A stretch of 64,000 bases of DNA from Nitrospina sp. (GTDB taxonomy: Bacteria > Nitrospinota > Nitrospinia > Nitrospinales > JACRGP01): contig JACAVV010000009.1 of NCBI GenBank assembly GCA_024648695.1, forward strand, positions 40,843 through 104,842, given 5' to 3'. The notes below the pieces were generated by a model. It was not told the origin of the DNA. It saw only the letters and a list, made by a program, of their open reading frames with translations, and did not search any database. Below, in pieces: positions 1-7,105 of this stretch; position 1 is the stretch's first letter, and every line of letters begins with the position of its first letter. Both the position numbers and the translations under genes were made by a program.

Positions 1-825
1 CTTAAAACTCATGGAGTTTTTTAATTGGAAAGGCCTAAACAAAATCAGAGATGGTCCCAGAAATTTGAACAGGATGTTAAGCTATAGCAATGGCCAAAAC
101 ACGAAAAACTTACTCTATCGGTCGTCACCGAGTACGACGGTTGATGAAGAAGATGGGTTTGCGTGCAATTTTTCAGGAACCCCGGACGGAGTCAGTCGCA
201 TCCTGGTCATAAAGTGTACCCTTATTTGCTACGTGATATGAGTGTGACAAAACCGAACCAGGTCTGGTGCACTGATATCACCTACATTCGGATCAAGCGC
301 GGCTTTTTGTATCTGGTGGCCATTATGGATTGGCATAGGAAAGTGCTTTCCTGGCGACTGTCGAATACCATGGACACTCGTTTTTGCATTGAGACTTTGG
401 ACGAGACCCTGGAAACGTATGGAACGCCTGAAATATTCAATACAGATCAAGGTTCCCAGTTTACCAGTTTTGACTTCACTAATGTATTGAAAGATCATGG
501 GATTAAAATCTCCATGGATGGTAAAGGCCATTGGATGGACAACGTATTTATCGAACGCCTCTGGCGCAGTCTGAAATATAAATGCGTGTACCTGAATGCT
601 TTTGAAAACGGAAACCAGGCACGAAATCAAATCGGCTCCTGGATCAGACATTACAATGAAACACGGCCTCATTCAACTTTTGCTGGGCAGACACCTGACG
701 AAGTGTATCGTGGGGCGAAAAATTTTGAGGGGCATGCCTCTCATATGGAAGAAAAAGCGGCGTAACATCTACTCACATTCTATAGCTTAAATTGACCGCA
801 AAACTGTCCAACAAACCAAGACCAC
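1..825 (+). mobile_element. Right-hand portion of an IS3-family (IS407-group-like) insertion sequence, cut by the left window edge
   Basis: Carries a DDE/rve integrase-core transposase OrfB (NQVWCTDITYI, NTDQGSQFTS, DNVFIERLWRSLKYKCVYL, YNETRPHS). The right boundary is inferred to lie between the transposase stop (765) and about 826-832, where an unrelated HD-GYP reading frame resumes. The terminal inverted repeat cannot be defined because the left end is outside the window. Confidence 0.8.
2..765 (+). pseudogene. IS3-family transposase OrfB, disrupted by frame changes near its 5' part
   Basis: The HTH-like segment YSIGRHRVRRLMKKMGLRAIFQEPRT is in one frame (81-209, stop at 210-212). The continuation SQSHPGHKVYPYLLRDM...NQVWCTDITYI is in another frame (163-765). 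Sequence upstream of 81 is open only in the third frame. The catalytic core itself (163-765) is intact. Confidence 0.75.
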
Positions 826-1059
826 CTCTGGAAGGGAGAAGAAATTCCCTTGTTTGGACGCATTGTTGCCATAGCAGATGTTTTTGACGCCCTAACCTCT
901 GAGCGGCCCTATAAAAAAGCCTGGACGGTAGACGAAGCTATTACTTACATAGAAGAGGAAAGCGGCAAACACTTCGATCCCCATCTTGTACCCATTTTTA
1001 AAAGCCTTCTTCCGGAAATTCTGAAGATCAAGGAAAAGTTTGCAGAACCTGAAAAATAG
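796..1059 (+). pseudogene. 3' fragment of an HD-GYP domain (c-di-GMP phosphodiesterase family) gene, truncated by the IS
   Basis: The translation ..WKGEEIPLFGRIVAIADVFDALTSERPYKKAW..FDPHLVPIF matches the distal part of the HD-GYP consensus (G-x-x-IP-x-x-x-RI-x-x-VAD-x-FDA-x-x-S-x-R-x-Y). The HD and GYP motifs themselves are missing. The frame is closed by a stop at 793-795 just inside the IS end. Confidence 0.75.
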
Positions 1060-1208
1060 GAACAAAATCGAATATGCCCAAAATGGCATTCTTTTATATC
1101 CCTCTAACCCTTTGTCAGCAATCATTGGATATTACCAGCTACCGAAAACCTTTCAAACCTGGATACTTCTTGGGCATTGGCAAAATTCTTTTATCCACAA
1201 ACAATTTC

Positions 1209-2309
1209 ATGTGGTTGGCAGGTTTATTCATTAGTCTATTTCTCTTTTCCTGCTCTTTGGATGGATCCAAACCCATCACACCCGAAATCATCGACTCCTT
1301 TGTGCAATCTAAAGGCCCAGAGGTAAGGAATTTCGATCAATTGTGGAGCCATTTCATAAAAAAATACCCTCATGCACAAAGGAAGCACTTCGACCAACTG
1401 GTAGAAAGTTACTGCATCCGAAACCCAAAAAAATCCATTAAACTATTAAAGGACCTGATCAAAGACCGGCCCAATCAGGCCCACTTTCATTATTTGCTGG
1501 GCTCCGGCTTAATAAAAAACAAAGCCTATCAAAATTCTCTCGCCCCCTTGAAAGAATCCATTCGCCAGAATAGCCAGCATTCCCAGTCGCACTTGCTACT
1601 TGGTTTGGTCTATGGAGAACTCAAACAATATTCAAGAAGCATAGGACACTTCGAAAAGTTTCTGGAGTTCGGGAAGGATGCTCATCTGGCTCTAGCCGGG
1701 TTGGGATTGGCTTATAAAAAATCGGGCCGTTTAACCGAAGCCCTATCGCAGTTTAAAAAGTTGAGTTCCAGGCATCCTGAAAAAGCCGCTCCTCACTTTG
1801 AAATTGCCGATGTCAATTTTCAATTAGGACGGTATTCGGATGCAATTGAGGAATATAAAATGGGACTGAAAATTCAGCCCAAAAATGCATCTGCCTTGAT
1901 TGCCCTGGGCAAATCCTATTCAACCAACAGCCATCATGAAAAAGCGGTGGAACCTTTAAAAAAAGCAATTACTCTCAATCCAGGAAAGCTCCAGGCCCAT
2001 TACTATTTGGCAAAAGCCTATGATCATTTGGATCAAAATGATCTGGCAATATCAGAATACAAAAAGGCACTGAAAATCAATCCAGAATATGCAGACGCCT
2101 ATTTTGATCTGGGATCACTTTACGCCAAAATGGAAAATGCAAATCCGGCGATCCAAAATACTTATCGGGCCAAACGATTGTACCAAAAACAAAATGATTC
2201 CCAAGGAACCCGAAAAGCAAACGACCGGTTGACAAATTTTTTTAAACATTTTGGAATCAAACCCGATGAAGTAAAGGAGGCAGAAAGAAAACCTTCAGGA
2301 AAAAATTGA
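1209..2309 (+). CDS. TPR-repeat lipoprotein
   Basis: Multiple 34-aa TPR-like units (e.g. AHFHYLLGSGLIKNKAYQNS, ALAGLGLAYKKSGRLTEAL, AHYYLAKAYDHLDQNDLAISEYKKALKINP, AYFDLGSLYAKM). The internal ATG at 1209 gives MWLAGLFISLFLFSC, a signal peptide with a lipobox-like LFSC. The ORF is open from 1074, so the start is uncertain. Confidence 0.7.
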   Translation: MWLAGLFISLFLFSCSLDGSKPITPEIIDSFVQSKGPEVRNFDQLWSHFIKKYPHAQRKHFDQLVESYCIRNPKKSIKLLKDLIKDRPNQAHFHYLLGSGLIKNKAYQNSLAPLKESIRQNSQHSQSHLLLGLVYGELKQYSRSIGHFEKFLEFGKDAHLALAGLGLAYKKSGRLTEALSQFKKLSSRHPEKAAPHFEIADVNFQLGRYSDAIEEYKMGLKIQPKNASALIALGKSYSTNSHHEKAVEPLKKAITLNPGKLQAHYYLAKAYDHLDQNDLAISEYKKALKINPEYADAYFDLGSLYAKMENANPAIQNTYRAKRLYQKQNDSQGTRKANDRLTNFFKHFGIKPDEVKEAERKPSGKN

Positions 2310-2806
2310 TGCAATTGACTCAAATTTGAGAAAATTCGTGACTTAAAATAAGAACACAAAAAGTGTAACTCCAGTCCAAAATTATTGTAAATTCACCCTG
2401 AAAGTCGGTATTTTCCCCTAAAATGTTAAAAGTAAAGGAATTACAAAAATTCAACATTTTTTAAATAAATGCCGGAAAATGGTTTATTTAGTAACAATTT
2501 TCTTTTAAAATGAAACCTTTGAAACTGGAGATGTGGTTTCAAGGAATTGTTTAACTTAAAAAAAATCAATTGTTTCTGAATCATTCACTGCATTTGTCCC
2601 ACCCAGTCCAAAAAGGGTCAAAAGAATTTTAAAAGGGAATCAATCCTTTGGGTTGTGGAATTGCTAAATTAATGGTAGCCTTTCAACGCTTTTTGTTTTT
2701 AAAATTGAAGACTTAAAACATTCCAAGCCGATGTTTTTATGAAAGCCTGTTAAATGATCAATTCGGCCTAGACCCTTAACTTTTAATCTAAATCCACAAG
2801 GTCCTA

Positions 2807-4141
2807 GTGAAACCCTCATATTTGCCTGTAAACAAAGAGAGTTTTGACGATACCAATTCCAATTTAAATTCCAAAAAAAATAAAATAATTTCCTTACTCA
2901 AGGAAAATTTTGATTTTGAGAATTCCCACCTGCGTACGTCAACAAAAAAAGGGGAAGGCATTTTATCGAAATGCAATAATTACGAAGCCCCGGACCAGGC
3001 TAAAAAGCTTGGCATTTATCCTTACTTCCGTGAAATCGAATCCAATAATGGATCCCAGGTTGTTATAGGTGGGAAAAAAGTTATCACCGTTTCCACGAAC
3101 AATTATCTTGGGATCACAAAAGATCCGCGGGTTCTGGAGGCAGGTAAGAACGCCCTGCAACAGTTTGGTTCCGGTTGTACCGGTAGCCGGTTTCTGAATG
3201 GTACACTCAGCCTGCACAAAACACTGGAACACGAAATATCTTCAGCTTTGAATCGTGAAGACACCATAGTGATGTCCACGGGATTTCAAGCCAACCAGGG
3301 CACCATCGCTTGTCTGTTAGGACGAAAAGATATTGCCTTTTCAGATCGCGAAAATCATGCCAGTATTTATGAAGGATGTGCTGTCGCTCCGGGAAAAACC
3401 GTGCGCTATCGTCACAACGACATGGATCATCTGGAATATTATTTGAAAAAATATTCCGATGTGGAAGGCAAGCTCATCATCACAGACAGTATTTTCAGCA
3501 TGAGCGGCGACATTGCCAATCTTCCCGGCATCGTCAAGCTGGCGAAGGATTATGGTGCAACCGTTCTGGTAGATGAAGCTCATGGACTGGGTGTGATCGG
3601 CGAATGCGGTAGAGGGGTTACGAATTACTTCAACCTGGAAAAAGAAATAGATATTTATGTGGGCACCTTCTCCAAAAGCCTGGGCTCGATTGGTGGGTTC
3701 GTATCTGCCAATGCCAAAGTTACCGAATACATTCGCCACAAAGCTTCAGCGTTCATCTTTACTGCCGCCCTGCCGCCTGCCTCTGTCGCAGGTGTCACTG
3801 CCGCACTAGATGTTATGTTAAGTGAACCGGAACGGCTGAAAAAGTTGCATGACAACACGGCTTACATCAAAAAAGGCTTTTTTGATATGGGATTTCAGAT
3901 CAACAACAATCAGGTTCCCATTGTTCCCATTAAAATTGGTGACGAGGCCTTGACCCTTTACCTGAATCAATTGTTATTCGATGACGGCATTTTTGCTGGT
4001 GTGGCTGTCTCGCCTGTAGTTCCCTCATTCAACGCCATGATCCGTACAAGCTATACCTGTGCGCATAAAAAAGAGGAACTAGACCAGGTGTTGACCTCCT
4101 TTAAAAAGCTTGGAAGGAAATTAGGAATCATCCCGCAATAA
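2807..4141 (+). CDS. PLP-dependent alpha-oxoamine synthase, serine-palmitoyltransferase-like
   Basis: Family motifs are present: NNYLG, GSGCTGSRFLNGT, STGFQANQG, HASI, VDEAHGLG, and GTFSKSLGSIGGF with the PLP lysine. YPYFREIES before the core resembles bacterial Spt rather than BioF. The GTG start at 2807 is the only start in the ORF upstream of the conserved core, so the exact start is uncertain. Confidence 0.8.
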   Translation: MKPSYLPVNKESFDDTNSNLNSKKNKIISLLKENFDFENSHLRTSTKKGEGILSKCNNYEAPDQAKKLGIYPYFREIESNNGSQVVIGGKKVITVSTNNYLGITKDPRVLEAGKNALQQFGSGCTGSRFLNGTLSLHKTLEHEISSALNREDTIVMSTGFQANQGTIACLLGRKDIAFSDRENHASIYEGCAVAPGKTVRYRHNDMDHLEYYLKKYSDVEGKLIITDSIFSMSGDIANLPGIVKLAKDYGATVLVDEAHGLGVIGECGRGVTNYFNLEKEIDIYVGTFSKSLGSIGGFVSANAKVTEYIRHKASAFIFTAALPPASVAGVTAALDVMLSEPERLKKLHDNTAYIKKGFFDMGFQINNNQVPIVPIKIGDEALTLYLNQLLFDDGIFAGVAVSPVVPSFNAMIRTSYTCAHKKEELDQVLTSFKKLGRKLGIIPQ

Positions 4142-5265
4142 TGAATCCGGGTATCAAAAAGGTACAATCCTCTGAGGATTTGAATCAATTTATCCGCTTA
4201 CCTTGGAACATCTATACGGACGACCCGAATTGGGTTCCTCCCCTCATTTTTGAACGAAAAAAGTTTCTAAACCCCCAAATAAATCCTTTTTTTGAACACG
4301 CGGAAATGGAATTGTTTATGGTTATTGACAATTCCAAACCCGTCGGCAGGATCGCCCTCATCCTGGATAAAAATTATAATGAATTCCATTCTGAAAAGAC
4401 GGGTTTTTTTGGAATGTTTGAATGCGTAAATGATAAAGAACCTGCGGCCCTTTTATTCGAAAAAGCTAAAGAATGGTGCCAGGAGAACCAACTGGATCGT
4501 TTACTCGGCCCAATGAATTTATCCACCAATCATGAATGCGGACTGATGCTGGAAGGTTTCGAAGATCCACCAATGGTGGGCATTCCTTACAATCCTCCTT
4601 ATTATTCAGAAATCCTTGAAAGAAACGGTTTCACTAAAGCCAAGGATTTACTTTCTTATAAACTCGATTACCCGAATAAAATTCCAGATTACATGGAACG
4701 GGCCAATAAACTGATTCAAAAAAGAAATCGCTTCACCTTGAAAAATCTTCAAATGGAAGATTATGCCAATGAGGTGAAAAAAATTTGGGACCTTTACAAT
4801 TCTGCCTGGAGCTATAACTGGGGTTTCGTTCCAATGAATTTTAAAGAGTTTGAGTATTTTGCACAGGAAATCGAACATTTTGTATTGCCCGAAATGTGCT
4901 TCATCGCCTATAAAGACGATGAGCCCGTTGGATTTTCCCTCACCCTTCCCGATATAAATCAGATTTTAAAGACCATGAACGGACGACTGTTTCCTTCAGG
5001 TTTTTTCAAGTTTATTCTGAACCGCAAAAAGGTAGACACGTATCGCGTTTTAACTTTAGGCGTTAAGAAGAAATACCAACGGACGGGAATCGATGTGGTT
5101 TTTTATTACGAAACTTATAAACAATGCATCGAGAAACATGTTCGTATAATAGAAATGTCCTGGGTTCTGGAAGATAACCTGGCTATGGTAGGTCCCCTGG
5201 AACGAATGGGAGCTATATTATACAAGCGGCACCGTATTTATGAACACCCAATCAGCAATGCCTGA
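4141..5265 (+). CDS. Large GNAT-fold N-acyltransferase (candidate bacterial ceramide synthase, bCerS-like)
   Basis: 374 aa with a C-terminal GNAT-like segment (VGFSLTLPD..., LGVKKKYQRTGIDVVFYYE as the Q/R-x-x-G-x-G/A-type motif). The ATG overlaps the upstream stop (ATGA at 4139-4142), which indicates translational coupling. Confidence 0.6.
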   Translation: MNPGIKKVQSSEDLNQFIRLPWNIYTDDPNWVPPLIFERKKFLNPQINPFFEHAEMELFMVIDNSKPVGRIALILDKNYNEFHSEKTGFFGMFECVNDKEPAALLFEKAKEWCQENQLDRLLGPMNLSTNHECGLMLEGFEDPPMVGIPYNPPYYSEILERNGFTKAKDLLSYKLDYPNKIPDYMERANKLIQKRNRFTLKNLQMEDYANEVKKIWDLYNSAWSYNWGFVPMNFKEFEYFAQEIEHFVLPEMCFIAYKDDEPVGFSLTLPDINQILKTMNGRLFPSGFFKFILNRKKVDTYRVLTLGVKKKYQRTGIDVVFYYETYKQCIEKHVRIIEMSWVLEDNLAMVGPLERMGAILYKRHRIYEHPISNA

Positions 5266-6244
5266 CTCGCGGGTTCTGGTTACAGGCGCCAGTGGATTTA
5301 TAGGCAGTCATCTTGTAGACGCTCTTCTGGAATTGGGGTGCGAGGTTCACGTCCAGATAAGAGAAACCAGCAACCGCCGTTGGCTTTCTTCCCCAGAAAT
5401 ACAATTTCACAATGCAGACCTCAGCGATCCGGGTCCACTGGAAAATACAATTGCATCGATGGACTACATTTTCCATTGTGCCGGCGTCACAAAGGCCAAA
5501 ACCCGTTCTGGCTACTTCTCAGTAAACGCGGAGTACTGTGAACCGTTTTACCAGTTGTGCCTGGATACTGGTAAAAACCTCAAGTCTATCGTCCATTTAA
5601 GCAGTTTGGCGGCGGTTGGCCCCTGTCTTCCTGGTGAGGAGGTGAATGAAAAAACACCTTGCAACCCTCTCACCCTGTATGGCAAATCCAAGCTGGCGGG
5701 GGAGGAAGTCGCAAGGCATTTCGCAAGTAAAATTCCGATTCTGATTCTCAGGCCTCCGGTGGTGTATGGTCCCAGAGAAGAGAATTTTTATTCATTTATC
5801 AAACTCCTTAATAACGGATGGGCTCTGCAAGTAGGTCGCACGGAACGAAAGTTATCATTGATTTATGTAAGTGACATGGTAAATGCCATGCTGAAAGGAA
5901 TGACACCCGATCTTTCCGGCGGCTGTTACTTTACTACAGATGGTGAAGAGTATTCCTGGGGCCAGGTTTATCAAACCGCAGAAAAACTGTTGGGCATCCA
6001 ATCACGTACTTTAAGGCTTCCCGAATCGCTGTTTCATTTGGGAGCAGTACTTTCCGAAGGGTTTTCCTGGTTTGCAGGAACAGTCCCCTTGCTCGATAAA
6101 CAACGCGTTAAAGAAATCCGTCAAAGCGCATGGACAGCGTCTACTAAAAAGTTTATGGAAGACTATGGATATCAACCTCAGTACGACCTCCATTCAGGTT
6201 TGAAACAGACGCTGGAATGGTACAAAAGCAATCAATGGTTATAA
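5240..6244 (+). CDS. NAD(P)-dependent epimerase/dehydratase-family SDR (candidate ceramide reductase, CerR-like)
   Basis: N-terminal Rossmann motif VLVTGASGFIGSHLV and the extended-SDR catalytic Y-x-x-x-K (LYGKSK). It overlaps the upstream gene by 26 nt. Confidence 0.75.
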   Translation: MNTQSAMPDSRVLVTGASGFIGSHLVDALLELGCEVHVQIRETSNRRWLSSPEIQFHNADLSDPGPLENTIASMDYIFHCAGVTKAKTRSGYFSVNAEYCEPFYQLCLDTGKNLKSIVHLSSLAAVGPCLPGEEVNEKTPCNPLTLYGKSKLAGEEVARHFASKIPILILRPPVVYGPREENFYSFIKLLNNGWALQVGRTERKLSLIYVSDMVNAMLKGMTPDLSGGCYFTTDGEEYSWGQVYQTAEKLLGIQSRTLRLPESLFHLGAVLSEGFSWFAGTVPLLDKQRVKEIRQSAWTASTKKFMEDYGYQPQYDLHSGLKQTLEWYKSNQWL

Positions 6245-6247
6245 ACC

Positions 6248-7105
6248 ATGTCATCTTCATCCATTGAAGCTCCCGTCCTTCAAGACCTGACAGAACCTTT
6301 AAATAGCTATATTCACAATCCCGTGGCTGGAAAGATTGTGGATAAACTTATAACCACCCGAGTCACTCCCAATCAAATAACGTACTGTTCGGTCATGTCG
6401 GGCCTGGCTTCTGCGTATATTTATAGCCTTGGGAATACGAGTCTCTTTTTTTTCGCAGGATTATTACTTGAGGTATCGCTAATCCTGGATTGTGTGGATG
6501 GCCAATTGGCAAGAGCTCGGAACAGCATCAGTGAGTGGGGACGATTGATAGATGGCATTGGTGGATACATCGCCAACTTAGCGGTTGTTTTCGGGATCAT
6601 GGCAGGCGTCAAAAGCCAATCGGGAGCTTTAATCATGATCGCCGTGATCACTATTTTGAAAGCCATCACTTATGACTACAGCAAGCTGATCTTCACATCC
6701 ATCTGTCGTCATGGTTACGATGGTAATCGCAAGGAAATCGTAGAGACCTTTAACAAATTCCTTGAATCACCATCCATCCTGATAAAAGTTTATTATTATT
6801 ATCTGCAGGTTCAGCAATGGATATTCAGGGGGCAATGGGAAACGTTGCAGGAAATAAAGTCCAGCCCTCCCCAGTTGACGGAGATAAATAATGATCACCG
6901 GTCCCGATTTTACGAAACTAACAAAAACCTGATTCTGTTATGGAGATGGAACGGATCTGATCTGGTTCTGTTTTGTTTAGTTTTATTTTCTATTTTTGGC
7001 ATACTGGAACAATGTTTAAGTCCCCTTGCCTGGGTCATTGGACTTCAATTGGCTGGGACTCTTTTATTTCACCGAAAGTTTTTTAAAGATGCGCGCTCTT
7101 CTTGA
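6248..7105 (+). CDS. CDP-alcohol phosphatidyltransferase-family membrane protein
   Basis: Signature LDCVDGQLARARNSISEWGRLIDGIGG matches D-x2-D-G-x2-A-R-x8-G-x3-D. The final conserved Asp position reads Gly. Multiple hydrophobic helices. It starts 4 nt after the upstream stop. Confidence 0.75.
   Translation: MSSSSIEAPVLQDLTEPLNSYIHNPVAGKIVDKLITTRVTPNQITYCSVMSGLASAYIYSLGNTSLFFFAGLLLEVSLILDCVDGQLARARNSISEWGRLIDGIGGYIANLAVVFGIMAGVKSQSGALIMIAVITILKAITYDYSKLIFTSICRHGYDGNRKEIVETFNKFLESPSILIKVYYYYLQVQQWIFRGQWETLQEIKSSPPQLTEINNDHRSRFYETNKNLILLWRWNGSDLVLFCLVLFSIFGILEQCLSPLAWVIGLQLAGTLLFHRKFFKDARSS

Noticed and set aside
81-212. Whether the frame changes in the transposase are the programmed -1 frameshift typical of IS3 elements
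   Set aside because: The programmed shift joins OrfA to OrfB upstream of the region encoding the HTH-like segment. Here the breaks fall inside the OrfB N-terminal region, on both sides of RHRVRRLMKKMGLRAI. One requires a change in the opposite sense, and stop codons interrupt the frames. Mutational decay is the simpler reading.
1074-1208. Upstream extension of the TPR protein ORF; similarly 7026-7088, 19014-19100, 27416-27484, 29097-29117, 30145-30273, 31986-31997, 35448-35492, 47954-48055
   Set aside because: The extensions lack signal-peptide or domain logic, and several overlap the preceding gene. Internal ATGs give family-typical N-termini or signal peptides. The alternative starts are noted in the feature evidence.
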